Origin: Octopus bimaculoides
Lineage: Eukaryota
Length of the DNA stretch: 61,150 bases
Direction of reading: 5' to 3'
Assembly: GCF_001194135.2 (NCBI RefSeq)
Contig: NC_068988.1
Span: 46,422,132 to 46,483,281, forward strand
A program made the translations under genes and the position numbers. The notes under the pieces were generated by a model, which ran no database searches, was not told the DNA's origin, and saw only the letters and a list, made by a program, of their open reading frames with translations. Shown here piece by piece: positions 1-13,707 of this stretch (within the stretch, counting starts at the first letter, position 1; every line of letters begins with the position of its first letter).

Positions 1-970
1 TATTTTAATTTTATTACTATTTTCCTAATTTCTACATTAACCTTCAAATCATTAATTCTTATTTACTTGTTCACTGAAAACAATCAAGTGTAGAAAGAAA
101 TATGGCTTTCCAAAACTTTGCCAAGAAGATGAGAATTGAAAAGAAAAAAAAAAGAAAAAGAAAAAGACCCTACAAGATAAAATAAATAAAACAAAAATCA
201 TGGTATTGTTTGTAGGCAGCAAAAATGGAAGTGTAATGGGGAGAAGTATTCATAATATGAAATGTTGATGTATAGTTTATACGAAGATACACACACAAGC
301 ATACATGAAAATAAATTTATGTGGACATATTTGTGTAAATTTGGGATGTATAATATATGATTATCTATGAGATGGATAAGACATATGTTAGTTTCCTGGC
401 AGTTTCGCATTGAATGTATGTGCATTTGTGTAAGGGAATATACACCCATTCATACATATATGTATGTATATATATGTTTGTGTCTGTGTACATATATACG
501 CATACACACAAATGCTTTTGTATAGGCATGTATGCATATATATATATATATATATATTTATACACATACATACATTCATATATATATATATATCTATATA
601 TATATATATATATATATATGAATACGCAAAACATGAATGCACATGTATAGGGGAGCTATACATATTTGTGAGTATATGTGTCCTGATAGAGTTCATTTAA
701 TTTCATCCATGATAAACATATGTGACAATATTCATTAATTAACTGCTCTGCAGTAGCACTGAAGTAATTATACAACATCCAATATCATTTTTACTGAATG
801 CACATCAAAGTAATTTATCATATGTGCATGGCCCTTAGTGTTTTAATACCTATATTTATATATGTGTGCATGTATATTACTAACACTCACATTTACACAC
901 ATACACACACATATATGTAGAAGGTCTCTATCTCAATTTGAACCTGGATTCTTTTGCCAATTAGAAGGTT

Positions 971-1104
971 TTAGTAATCAACAAAGCAGGATCTTTCAAG
1001 CTGATTCATGATACTGTGAATACTGTAACCAATGATACCCAACAACCACACATCAAGTTCTTTGATTGGTTCAGCAAAAATTGTAGAGAATATAAAATTG
1101 TTAA
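971..1104 (-). CDS. Candidate terminal coding exon of an unidentified minus-strand gene
   Basis: ttttcag acceptor, then an open frame NNFIFSTIFAEPIKELDVWLLGIIGYSIHSIMNQLERSCFVDY* in complex non-repeat sequence. No homology recognised. The plus strand also has an open frame here. Confidence 0.2.
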
Positions 1105-2144
1105 CTGAAAACCATTCAAGTTTTTAATTAACTTAAATGCTGCTTACAGATTTAGTAGCAAACAATGAGAATACAATCAGTTAAACACAGTCAGATAGAT
1201 GAGCAGACAGTGAGAGACAGAGAGAGACTATGTTTGAAATCAGTTGTTTCTTGTTAGTTATATTGATCAGTATTAACATTGTGTAACACCACATGGCCAA
1301 ACTGCTACTAACATAAAATTCAACCATGGCAGAGGACACACACATTATTCCACTCATGCTTACTCTCTCCTTATATCTATGACTCTTGTTTTCTTCTATA
1401 CACTACCACACAAGCTGACTACAATGGTAATCTTGTTTTCCCAACTCCATTCTGTCATGGTCTTTTCTTGGAACAGACATGTCCCCTGTTCAATGAGTAA
1501 ACAATGAAACAGATGATGACCTTAAAAGAACCGGCTACTCTTAATTTTCTCTGAACCCTTTCCGCTTTGTCAAATTAATCTACTTGTTCAATATATATAT
1601 GCATGTATAAGCATGTGTGTGTGTGTAAGTGCATGTGTGTGTGTGTGTATGTCTGTGTGTGTGTGTGTGTGGCTTTGATGAAAATAGTTATGAAACATTA
1701 TTTGACTTCTTTGTAATAAAAGTGTTGGCAGAAATGTGGTGTTTGATGGAGGTTAAACATAATGTAGAAAAATCAATGAGGTTGAAACTAAGTAAGAATG
1801 CTTTGAAAGTCAAAGAAATAACACTGAATGGGGATTACTTGGCCTCCTAAAATCCATTCAAGTCTGTTCTTTTCAATCTTTACAGTAAAAAAAAACAAAA
1901 AAACCCCATGACTGCCAATTCAGAACAAACCTTCTATTGTTAATTTTAGTTATACATCTACTAATGCTGAATCCTTTAAATGTTTACATATTAAACACAG
2001 TTCAATTACCCAATTTTAAATTGCTTACAGTAGATTAGAAGATGACAAATTTGGCACAATTCTGATTATAGAATTATATTTTGAATTGCATTACGCATAT
2101 GCACACACACACACACACACACACACATGTGGAGTATATATTGA

Positions 2145-2179
<35 letters not shown>

Positions 2180-2197
2180 ATATATATATATATGTAT

Positions 2198-2355
2198 ATC
2201 ATCATCATCATCATCATCGTTTAACGTCCGCTTTCCATGCTAGCATGGGTTGGACTATTTGACTGAGGACTTGTGAAACCGGATGGCAACACCACCCAAC
2301 AATCTGATTTGGCAGAGTTTCTACAGCTGGATGCCCTTCCTAATGCCAACCACTC
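2198..2355 (-). mobile_element. RTE-type 3' tail element fragment (SINE or LINE end)
   Basis: (TCA)n followed by cgtttaacgtccgctttccatgctagcatgggttgga...ggatgcccttcctaatgccaacc; near-identical sequence at 19330-19598. Confidence 0.8.
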
Positions 2356-2403
2356 ATATACATACATATATAAATGAATGCATATTTTGCATTTAACAAT
2401 CTA

Positions 2404-2463
<60 letters not shown>

Positions 2464-2480
2464 TATATAATTATTATTAT

Positions 2481-3036
2481 TGAGTGAGAGAGCAGCACAT
2501 GCCATCAGAGTGACACTACGGTAAAATATATGAAACCCAACATACTCATCATGAGTAGCCGTCTGATAAGGGTACACCAGGCACATGCATCATAACCATA
2601 TGTGCATGACATGGTGATCTTATATCAAGATACACAGCGAATGACCTGGCAAGTAGAGCCCAGTTAGAATTTTCTTCGTGTTGAGTAGCCCAACCTGCTC
2701 TATAGATCCATGAATAAGGCTTGTTTAAGGATGATAAACGAAACATCTGTGTTTCCAGAAGTGAATAATTTAAATCCCACCAAATTCCTCTCAAGACGGG
2801 CTATGATGCTCCCCCACTACTTCTGCTCATGATCAGAGATACACATATAGTCAGCCACTAAGGGACATGCTCAGCTGGTTATGGTCAAGTAACCGACGTG
2901 CAAATCTGTGGTATTGAGCAGAATATTTGCTGTAGCCCATCGTTTATACTAAGACAAAACAATGTGCATGATACCACTTCCAATCAGCTAAGCTCAAATG
3001 CCATGAGAACCACTACCTAGTAATGCATCAGGGCAT
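2481..3036. mobile_element. ~555-bp non-coding interspersed repeat abutting a (TTA)n run
   Basis: Reverse-complement copy at 58238-58571 (e.g. cagaatatttgctgtagcccatc vs gatgggctacagcaaatattctg). Confidence 0.75.
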
Positions 3037-3141
3037 ATATGCATATTATATATATATATATATATATATATACATGAACATATATGTGTATAAGCCTATA
3101 TATAAATATATGTTTATATTTATATATATGTATATATATAT

Positions 3142-3182
<41 letters not shown>

Positions 3183-3306
3183 NNNNNNNNNNNNNNNNNN
3201 NNNNNNNNNNNNNNNNNNNNNNNNNNNNNNNNNNNNNNNNNNNNNNNNNNNNNNNNNNNNNNNNNNNNNNNNNNNNNNNNNNNNNNNNNNNNNNNNNNNN
3301 NNNNNN

Positions 3307-3375
<69 letters not shown>

Positions 3376-3377
3376 TA

Positions 3378-3408
<31 letters not shown>

Positions 3409-4364
3409 ACACACACACATACACACACACCCATACTTACAAAATTTATCTTGATCCTCATGTTTGCATTTCCAGTTTTATCAAGGAGTGGTTTGTTGTG
3501 CAAAGTATTGCGTCTGTATAACAAAAGTCAGCATTGCCAATTAACAGATTAGAAACTGAATTCTTGATAAACACGAAATTACTTTGCTACTGATTCCTTA
3601 TTTCGTTATAAGAAGAATCCCACTGTGAGAATGAAAATCGCCTTTAATTGAAAATCCTTGTTAACTTAGAATCTGTTAATCGAAAATCAGTGTTAATTGT
3701 ATCAGGTTGGTTTTTGTCATGATGACCGGAACGTTTAAATGTAGGGTTTCATATTTGTTCGTATGTGGTGATGTCAACAACGAAAGTAGAATTTGACTGA
3801 AGGCTACTTGCACTTGAAAATCTAAGAAATGTGTAGGAATTCAATGGATTTTTGTGTATTTATACATACATAAGAATACTATACACACACAAATACCTAC
3901 ATAAGCTACATACATATTCATACATATCTGTGTATGACAAGGTTTTCAGTACTTTATATCTGTGATAACATTGTTTATCAGTGTTATATCTATGTGTAAT
4001 ATACTTGATCAGTAATTTTATGTGTGTGTATGTGCATGTGTGTTTATGTATGCGTGTGTGGTATATTTTGTCATACTTCATATCTGTGTGAGGCGTTTAT
4101 CTGTATAATATCATCATGATCACGATCATCTTTATTGAGATGATCATCACCATCAACACCAACCTCTCAATGCCACCACTATGTTTCTTGTCACCATTGT
4201 TATCTTCATTGTCATCATCAGTCTCTTTTCCAAGCTGGCATTGTTTTGGCAGTTCAATGAAATGGAGGACCTAATTTTTTCTCCAGTCTCTCAGTTTGAT
4301 ATGGCTTCTATAGTTGGATTCCCTGAGTGTTTCAGAACAGTACATAGTTTATAAGTATATTATT

Positions 4365-4872
4365 TCTTCTGTCCCTCTGCCTCTACCTCTCTCTCTTCTC
4401 TCCCCACATGACTGGTGTTCGGGCAAGCCTGACCTTTCTTTCTGGGTTCGGCCACCGTCCGTGTAACATCTATATTCCTCCCTGTGCTTGTGAAATCTTG
4501 TATCCATGCCGTAAGACCTTACTTCTACACACACTAGCTTAACTTAGTTCTTCCTTAGTCGAAAGACACCTGTTGTTATGTCCTGTTATTTGTATTTGTG
4601 TAACATTCTCGGTTTTTTTCATCCTTGATATCGTATACATTTGCTGCTTTTTTCCAAGGAATCTAATGCTCTTAGCTTAGTTTTTCCTTGGGGCTGGGCA
4701 GATTGGAGCAATCTCAGGTATAACCAGCCAAAACTGCAAAGATAATCTGGAACTTGATTGAGGAAAGAAAACTCCGAATGACCCATCCTTGTTTTCTTTG
4801 TATCGTCTATTTGGATGTTTTGTTATCCCTTTTTTGTATCAGCTGTCTGGATGTTTTGCGTTCTTGTCTCAT
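4365..4872. mobile_element. Partial copy (core plus one arm) of the fold-back element at 21555-22438
   Basis: Colinear similarity to 21945-22438; ends in ...ttcttgtctcat next to (TA)n; short tandem duplication near the end. Confidence 0.85.
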
Positions 4873-4943
4873 TTTATATCTTTTATATATATATATATAT
4901 ATATTTGTGAGATAGAGCTTGTCAGTATTTTACCTATGTAATA

Positions 4944-5171
4944 TTGGGTTGTCTGGAAAGTTTGTGCCGATTTTTAAAGGAAAGAAAAATGTCAATAAAT
5001 ACTTGCCATTACATTTTTAATCAACCAAATATGAACTATTTTGTTGCACAATTCGTCTCCATCTTTTCTTTAACTTGAAAATACCCTCTTCTCAGAATTG
5101 AGGTAGTTTCATGGCAAATAATTCGAAAGGTAAGCTACTATAAATCTGCACGAACTCTCCAGACAACCCAG
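4944..5171. mobile_element. Tc1/mariner-type MITE
   Basis: TIRs ttgggttgtctggaaagtttgtgc / gcacgaactctccagacaacccag, flanked by TA on both sides. Confidence 0.85.
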
Positions 5172-5639
5172 TATATAACTTATTGGTACTTATCTTTGGG
5201 ATATAGTTTATAGCATTTTGTCAGTGAGAGTGGTATTTTTCTAATATGTATATCCTGTTGCATCAACATCATTGGCTCATTTTAGACACTGTAAAAGACC
5301 CAGTTTTTTATATTGATATATTGATACCCAAAACAGGATAAACAAGGACATTTCACTTGTAATTTTCACAACAAACAACAAGGCAGGAATTGAGTTCTAC
5401 ACTGCAATTTGAAGTGATTGTTGTCATTTATTTTCTTTTTTTCTCACCAGATTTGTATGTTTGGCAATTGTCTGTTTAAAATCACAACTTTATCATGTTT
5501 TCTCAGTTTGCCACCTAGCAATAGATTACTGTTGTTGACATGAATATTTGAAGCACTTATTCACAGACATTTCCATTTCACTAGACATCATTCACTTCTA
5601 CTTGCCGTACTGTAAACAAACCTGTCACGTGGCTAGTAC

Positions 5640-5840
5640 CTTGAATATAGTTTATGCCATAATGACATGAAATTGTTGTGCTGAAGCAGATGTATACCAG
5701 ACCTGTCTGTGTTAAATGTATTGTAGCTACATGTCAGCTGATTGATTCTTAAGCAAGATTTATTGTAAATTGGCTTTGATCTTTCTTTCCTTCCTTTATT
5801 TCTATAAATCTTTTTTGAGATGTCTGACCTTTCCACTGTT
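5640..5840 (-). CDS. Candidate coding exon
   Basis: cattag acceptor and AAG|GTACTA donor; 201 nt open: TVERSDISKKIYRNKGRKERSKPIYNKSCLRINQLTCSYNTFNTDRSGIHLLQHNNFMSLWHKLYS. Phase fits the 10982-11091 candidate. Confidence 0.25.
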
Positions 5841-6234
5841 CTAATGGCACATCAAAACATATTGGAATCTTTATTAAATTCACTTCTCTGCTGGGTCTGT
5901 TCATATCTTTATCTCAAGACTACAGTGTTACCTATTAAGTGGTGGGTAATGTTTAGAGTTTATATTTAGCAAGCACATAATGTTACATAAGTACAATCAT
6001 TTTAATTTTACCTTTCAAATTTCATGATAAATGTATTCTCAGGAAATGAATACCAATTTTCAAAATAAAACATTTATTAAATTAAAATTAAACAAATTTC
6101 TCATTAGTATATTTTCAATAAATATTTTGCCACTAACATTAATACTGTTTAGCTATCAAATAATTAGAGATGTTAAATTAGTATGCTTCACTGGATGTGT
6201 AATGTCAGTGTGCATATATGACAGAGTGTACGTG

Positions 6235-6368
6235 CCCTGAGAGAAAAGTTGGACATATGAAGCATCAGATGTGGTGTGCAACAGAGACGACTGCACTGGT
6301 ATGGTCATGTGTTATGTATGGTCATATGCTAGCGTGGAAAGCGGACGTTAAACGATGATGATGATGAT
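6235..6368 (+). mobile_element. RTE-type 3' end fragment
   Basis: tgctagcgtggaaagcggacgttaaacgatgatgatg tail, the reverse complement of the start of the 2198 element. Confidence 0.7.
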
Positions 6369-6450
6369 AATGTTAAATTGTCTGTTATAACACAAGGCAA
6401 AGCATGTTCCTAATATTATCTGTCATATAGTAGTTGACATGTTAGTATAT

Positions 6451-6814
6451 ACTAACAGGAGCACTCAGAGAGTGCAAACCTCTACCAAGACAACACCAGC
6501 GTCCTCTCAACGATTAGTCAGAGATGATTTTTAAAATGAGAATATCTCGACTGCTCTCACAAACGAGAATATTAAAAATGAACCCGACCACCCTCAAAAA
6601 TTAAGTAAAGAAAAAACAGGAAAAATAATCCAGAATCCTTGTCTAGTATCGGATCGATCCCCAAATCTTATGAGTTCCTTCCAGTTACGAGGCCAAACAT
6701 CCCTGAAAGTTTCATCCGAATCCATCCAGTAGTTCTTGAAATATCTTGTCCATGGACAAACAAACAATATGACTGTAAACAATACCTCCGCCTTCGCTAA
6801 GGCAGAGGTAATAA
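6451..6814 (-). mobile_element. Non-autonomous Helitron/Helentron-like element
   Basis: Terminal hairpin tacctccgccttcgctaaggcagaggta, a related subterminal aacctctacc motif at the other end, and a minus-strand end ...gagtgctcctgttagt. Family assignment is from recalled architecture. Confidence 0.5.
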
Positions 6815-9452
6815 GGGGATATAAATAAATTTAATGAATCAAACCTATCTCCCTTGTGGGCATGGACTTGTAAAGATGAAGACACACTGCCATTTATATT
6901 TATAGATATATTGATAGCATCTTTATTGTTTCTATTTTCCAGAAGGAGTCAGTATTAACCTTTTGATACCAGTCCGCTTTAAACCTACCTCTTGTTCTAC
7001 AATGCAAAACTGTCCTTCTTAAGTTGCTCAGTTTTAATTTTAAAGCACTCATCATAAGTATAAGAAAAAATATGCTTTGGTTAAATTACATTAAAAGCCA
7101 GTGTTAGGATGGAAAAATTATCCTTCAAAATTTTGATTATTTTGAAAATTAATTGAAACACATTGGTAGTGTTTTTCATTTGAAACATTATCATAAATAT
7201 ATTAAATAATGTTATAAAAGAAACTTTATTTTGATCCATATGTTCTAGTATGATATCTGTAATAATATGAGCATGTTTGCCTTTTAAGCAGACATATTCT
7301 GATTGGTGATGCTGCTCAAGAACATGTTAGCTCTCTTTTCTTCTGATATGGTTTTTCAATGGACAACTTACTTCTCATGCATACGTCCTATGATTGGGAT
7401 GTCATATGTAGGAAGTCCTTATGCTGCTCTTGCATTATATTTGGTTCTTATACTAGAGCAGAAATGACAGTGTTGTTGGGATTTTAAAATTTTTCTGATG
7501 TTGTACTTCCTCTTACATTCAATTGAGTTTTTCCTGTTTATTTCTGACAGTAAGGAAGTGTTACTGAAGCTATTATTTATCAATAGATTCTCAGAGCCTT
7601 TATATGGCTATCTGGATTTCAATTAGACCTTGCATCAGAATATTTTCTAGGAAGATTAGAAAATCACATTCTTCTACTATAATGGACCCATCATTTCCAC
7701 TTTCTTTCTTTGAGATATCTCATCAAATTTTCATCTGATCATACCCTGCAATATTTAAAAATAAGATGAAGGAGACATAGGATAAAACTGTCTTAGATTC
7801 ATTAAGACTGATAATAAGACATGATAGTCGTGGTTGGAACATCTAATCATCTTGCATCTGAGCTACTCTGGGAGTTGCAACAGTTCCTGCTATCAGGACT
7901 TGTCATTAATTTTCGACCATTCTTTCAAAAGATATTGCAATAAACTATTACAGACAAAAGTAACTATTTATTGAAAATCCCCCAAAAGCTTTGCTTAAAT
8001 CTCAAGAAATTGAGACAAAAACACTAACACACACACATACAACCTGACACACACAGACACAAAAATATATATATATACATATGAATTCACACCCACACAT
8101 ATACATTGGGTTTCTTTCAGTTTTCATGTAACAAATCCACTAATAAACTTTGATCAACCTGAAGCTAGGCCCATGGGGCCGTGCAATGAGTCTGAAGGTA
8201 AAATCAAATTGTTGAGGAGCAAGTTTCTTAACCACAAAGTCATACCTACACCTAAAAATAAATTCCAAGCAAGTTATTTATTATTTTTTGAAAGGTGGAA
8301 CCATTTGATCTTGGAACAGAAAAAGACAAAAAAACTTGGCAGCTGCAACCAATTTGATGTAGTGTTCCACCATTTCTGTCACACAATTGCTTTTCATTAT
8401 CTCAGTACTAATAACAATTAATAGTAATTTAAAAAAGTATTTATCCTGATCTTCAATCTAAAATATTTGTCTCTCTGTCTAGTTATCTATTGAACTCTCT
8501 ATTTTTGTATTCAATTTATAACATTGATTTATGCGTATGTGTATGTATTTTAAGCCTCTTTAATTTTTATCCTCTGTTTGTTTTCTATTCATTGTTCTAT
8601 CCATTTTTATATACTATCTCTGTCTCTGATATCTTCCGTTCTTACTTCTTTTTCCTTTGTTTCTTTCTCTTTCTCTCCCTTTCTCTTTTTTACTTTTTCT
8701 ATGTATATATATGTGTATGCCTTTATTACATATACATGCACATCCACCCCCATATATATATGTAAACATATGTATATATGGATGTATATACATACGTACA
8801 TATATATATATACATATATGTATATATATATGTATGTATGTGAGTGTGTGTGTGTGTGTAGTTTGTGTTTTCATTATACTTGTATACATGTATAATTGAG
8901 TATCAACATGTATATATATATATATATGTATTTGTGTGTGTGTGTGAATATATCTGTGTGTATGTGTGTGTTTGCCTTTTTATCTATATAAGTACACATA
9001 TAACTAACAATCTATTTGTCCATCTCATATTGAAGCATATCATCCAATTTAAAGAGTAAATAAATATTTCTTGTTTAAATTTACTTATTAGCAATGATAA
9101 AACAAGATAGCAGCGCACAGCAACACTGTGACTACGCATGTCCCTAGATGGTTTCTGTTTGTTAGACGGAATGGAATTGAAAACAGATAATACAAATAAA
9201 ATATTTTAAAAAAATGTTAATAAACGTTGGCCAGAAATAAATAGAAACATTACTTGCTTTATCAAAATTTAAATCACTTTAGAGCAATACATTTCCATGT
9301 GCCGTAATAATTTGTAAGAAATATTGCCAAGACATATTCCCAGTTTGACCAAATTTGAATACAATCATATATTTTAAATGATGTTCTAAACATTCGATAA
9401 AATCTGTAAAATATCTTACCATCATGTTGATAGAAAGATAATATATATATAT

Positions 9453-9497
<45 letters not shown>

Positions 9498-10140
9498 CAC
9501 TTATATGAATACATATATATATACATATTTGAATACATGCATATATATATATGTGTGTGTGTGTGTGTGTATATGTATATATGTATATATATATGCATAT
9601 ATGTGTATGTGTGTGTATTGTGTTTGTGCGTGTATATGCATACAAAAATGCCTAAACAAATATGCTCGTACAAATAAAATATATTATACATACTTACAAA
9701 ACATACTATGCGTAAGTAACGTACATACACATGTATACATACGCCTATACAAAATATATATGCTAGACAAAATACATGTATAGAAAAGCTAAATTACTTA
9801 TATATAAAAGATAATGCATATGTACGAAGATAATATGCATAAAAAAATTATCTACATACATATATGTATAATTGTTTCATGAATTGTGTAATATGAATTT
9901 GAAACTTGACAAGGTGTTTATATCTGAGTGTGTAAGTGTGTTTTTTTTTAATATTTGTACATATACGTGTGTGTGTGTGCTTAGGCATGAGAATTTATAT
10001 GTTTATATGTGCAAGCGTCTCCTTTATTTTACTCTGTTTGTGTGTATGTGTACATTTGTATATACTCACACAAACACAGGGAACAGAAGGAGAAAGGAAA
10101 AGTTTTATAATTGAGTATACACACGAGTCTTATGCTTATT

Positions 10141-10176
<36 letters not shown>

Positions 10177-10446
10177 CGTGCGCATGAGTGTTTGTACTAC
10201 TCTCTCTATATATATATGTGTGTGGGTTAACATATTTGCACACCCATTTATACATATACACACAAACAAATGCACATATACACCCAATATATGTATCTGT
10301 GTATATATATATATTTATATATACACATATATGTATCTATCTATCATTTTACCTATCTATCTATCCATCTATCAATCTTTCTATCTATCTATCTATTTAT
10401 ATATACTATGCATAAGTATTTATATATGTATTTATATATATATACA

Positions 10447-10451
10447 TACAT

Positions 10452-10512
<61 letters not shown>
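10447..10512. repeat. (TA)n microsatellite, one of dozens
   Basis: Direct sequence. Others at about 3050-3180, 15634-15707, 22492-22534, 59945-59978 and 61075-61150. Confidence 0.98.
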
Positions 10513-10518
<6 letters not shown>

Positions 10519-10981
10519 CATCCATACACACATACATACATACACACATATACATAAGTGTGTCCGAGAGAGAGAAAGAGAGAGTATGTTTACTTCCAAT
10601 TAGATAAAGAAGCAGTATTATAATCAATACAATGTTGAGCAGTTTACGTTCTCTAATGATGTTTATAAATAGTCTTATGCTTTCATTGATTCTAAGGTAA
10701 TAGTACAATTCAAATGAGCTCTTCCTCATGCATGCATCCATGTTTAGAGTGTAGGTGCTTAGCATGTTTACATGTTGAGTTGTGAGTCCCTCTATGGAGG
10801 AACTTATTAATCGATGTAATAATGTGATTATAACAAACGTTATTGTTATGGTGAGATTTAAAGAGCATTGACAAGTTGAAGGTTTAACAGTGTGTTTAAC
10901 AGAATATATATATATGTGTGTGTGTGTGTATGTGTGTGTGTGTGTGTGTGTGTTACATTAATTACATTAAAAAGAACATAC

Positions 10982-11091
10982 TTCTCCTTTATACCCTTCA
11001 CCTTTGATTGCAGCATTGACCAGAAGGAATGAATGTCATTAGACAGTGTCCAAAAGTCAGTGGACATTTCAACTCCATATTGTAACAGTCT
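10982..11091 (-). CDS. Candidate coding exon
   Basis: GAA|GTATGT donor and weak caag acceptor; open frame RLLQYGVEMSTDFWTLSNDIHSFWSMLQSKVKGIKE. Confidence 0.3.
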
Positions 11092-11296
11092 CTTGGTGAG
11101 TTAACAGTGGCTCCCAATCCACTGCCTATCATCTATATATTGCAGCATAATCTACTTTATAATGACTTAATCATTTCAATTAAAATCTTTAAAGTCTGAA
11201 TCGAAACAGCTGTCAGGGATTATGTCTATTTTGCAGTTAATAAATATAATTATTAATTGATTAATCTCTATTTTCTTATTTTTCTTACACACACAC

Positions 11297-11337
<41 letters not shown>

Positions 11338-11384
11338 TATATATATATATACACACACATGCATACACACATATATAGTTTGTG

Positions 11385-11540
11385 TTAGGTAGGGCATCCA
11401 GTTGTAAAACCATCCCAAAACAGACAGTAGAGCTTGGTGCAGACTACTGACTTGCCAGCCCCTGTCAAACTGTCCAATACATACCAGCATGGAAAACAGA
11501 TAGTAAATGATGATAATGAGGAGGATGGAGATGATGATAT
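11385..11540 (+). mobile_element. Diverged RTE-type tail element
   Basis: gttaggtagggcatccagttgtaaaacc...ccagcatggaaaacagatagtaaatgatgat. Confidence 0.65.
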
Positions 11541-12527
11541 ATATATACAGACATGTACATATGTATATTATATACATACACACACACACATATATATATA
11601 TATATATGTTTTATCATATTCTATTCCATTTTATGTTCTTACATATAAACAGAAATACACTTGTGCACACATACACAATATATATATGAACAGATACACA
11701 TCAATAAATATTTTCATTGCTCGAAGCAATTTTGTTTTTCACTTTCCTTACATTATGCTTTCTTAACAAACTCATAATAGAATCAAAATATAGTTTATTT
11801 GAATTTCACAGAAGGACTGTCCAAATAAATGAATTATCCAATTATATAATTATAGAATTGAAGCTGAAAATTTGTTAATTCATTTCATAGAGATTCTTGT
11901 AAAACATATAATTTTGCTGGCTTTGTACGAATAGAAAATGTTTCTTTGCATTTAATGTTTTCCTGCTGGCTTTGTTTTAGAATTTTTCTCAAAATTTATT
12001 CAGAAAATAAAAAATAAAAATGTTGGAATCAATTTTGTTCTGACAAAGAGGCGGCTTCTTGTAATTTCACAAATTGTTTATGATTAGAAGAAAAATACTT
12101 TAGCTGCACCAGCACCCATGGAAAAAGTTTAGGGGAAAAACAAAATAAAGATTGCTTTGCCAATTATGTTTTTCCTTTTACAACTGGGAGTGTTCTGGTA
12201 TAAGTTAATTAGATGTCATGGGTAAGTTTAAACACCAGATAGCTCGTTAAATTTAGGAAGCGATCTGCCAATATTTAATTAGAATTCCTGATCAAGCGAT
12301 CAAGCACAGTCTTCAGATATTTGTAACACTAAGTGTAATATCCTACCAATATTTACTTATAGTTGTACAAAATACATTAATTGCTATGGCATAGCTATTT
12401 GTAAGACTTATTTTTCTGATTTTAGCACTGAATTAATGACCAAACACTGAATGTCTTTCTGATAGTGCTCAGAAATATTTCTGAAAATCAAACTTGAAAC
12501 AGGAATTAAAATTCTGCTTTTTCCTTC

Positions 12528-12632
12528 TCTCTCTCTCTCTCTCTCTCCTTCTCTCTCTCTCTCTCTCTCCTTCTATATCTCTCTCTCTCTCTCTCTCTCT
12601 CCCTCTCTCTCTCTCTCTCCCTCTCTCTCTCT
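12528..12632. repeat. (CT)n microsatellite
   Basis: Direct sequence; similar run at 39397-39476. Confidence 0.97.
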
Positions 12633-13242
12633 CAGAATTAACCGTTGGATTAGCTGGCAGACTGACAGAATAGCAAGCATATACTTCATGTGTCTTTTAT
12701 CATCCTTGTAGATATCATCATCATCAGCATCATTATTGCAATTGCTTTTATTGCTGTCCTCCCATTCCTGCTTCCCGCCTCCCTTCTCCCTCCTCCTCTG
12801 CCAATATATCTATGATGCTTTCTAGAGCAACAGCTTCCTCATAACATCTTCATCATCTACTTTTGTCCAACAAGGATGTTCGTTCTCCCTTGTAAAGATC
12901 GCAGATCTTTTGTCACATTTGTCAATGTAAGAAATGTGAGAGTATTTGAAAGTGTGGGTGTGTGTGTGTGTGCGTGCGTGTGTGTGTGCGTGCATGTGTG
13001 CATGTATTATGCCAATTATTATTTGTTTAATCAATTACATATCTGTTACATTTTCTATAGTTTCCATTAGACCATTGGCAGGAGTTGTAGTTGTGAAAAT
13101 TCCAAATCAGCCCTAATAGTTTAAAGAGTTCCAGCCATGCTGTGTTCTAGCTTTTCTGTACATCACAGATACGTTGTTCATTCTCGATATGATTTGAGGG
13201 AGATTTGGATGCAGTTTTAGCAGGTTGAACAGTCATCTAGAC

Positions 13243-13531
13243 CAGGGGTTTTCAAACAGTGGTCCACGGACCACAGGGGTCCGCAAGGACAAGACAGGGA
13301 CAGCAAATACTTTTTATGGGCAATTTGATTTTATACATGTTTTTTAATCGAAATCTTTTAATTGACAATAAACCTATTTGTTAAATACTGTTAAATAAAT
13401 AAATGTAAAAATATATGAACTATTTTAAGCAAATATTTATGTATAAATTTCATAAGCATTTATAAGGGGGTCCCTAAGGTAAAGACTGAAGTATAAAGGG
13501 GTCCGCAAGTCAAAAAGTTTGAAAACCCCTG
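13243..13531. mobile_element. hAT (Charlie-like) MITE
   Basis: TIRs caggggttttcaaac / gtttgaaaacccctg; perfect 8-bp TSD atctagac at 13235-13242 and 13532-13539. Confidence 0.92.
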
Positions 13532-13611
13532 ATCTAGACAATACTTCATTGGCTCATATGTTTGATGAACAGTACTGTCTTTTCTGTCATTCTGAAATAG
13601 GGAAAGCTTAC

Positions 13612-13707
13612 CATCCCTCCTTTTACATAAACATGTTGGCAGGCATAGTTTAACTGCACCTTGTTCATGTTTCTCACTTTAATAACCTTTAACAACAAAC
13701 CAGAAGC
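13612..13707 (-). CDS. Candidate coding exon
   Basis: aacag acceptor and ATG|GTAAGC donor; 96 nt, open only in phase 0: ASGLLLKVIKVRNMNKVQLNYACQHVYVKGGM. Confidence 0.3.

Noticed and set aside
2262-2290. CTGAGGA...GAAAC hammerhead-like words in the RTE-type tail (also ~19405)
   Set aside because: No stem II and no stem I/III pairing; probably chance.
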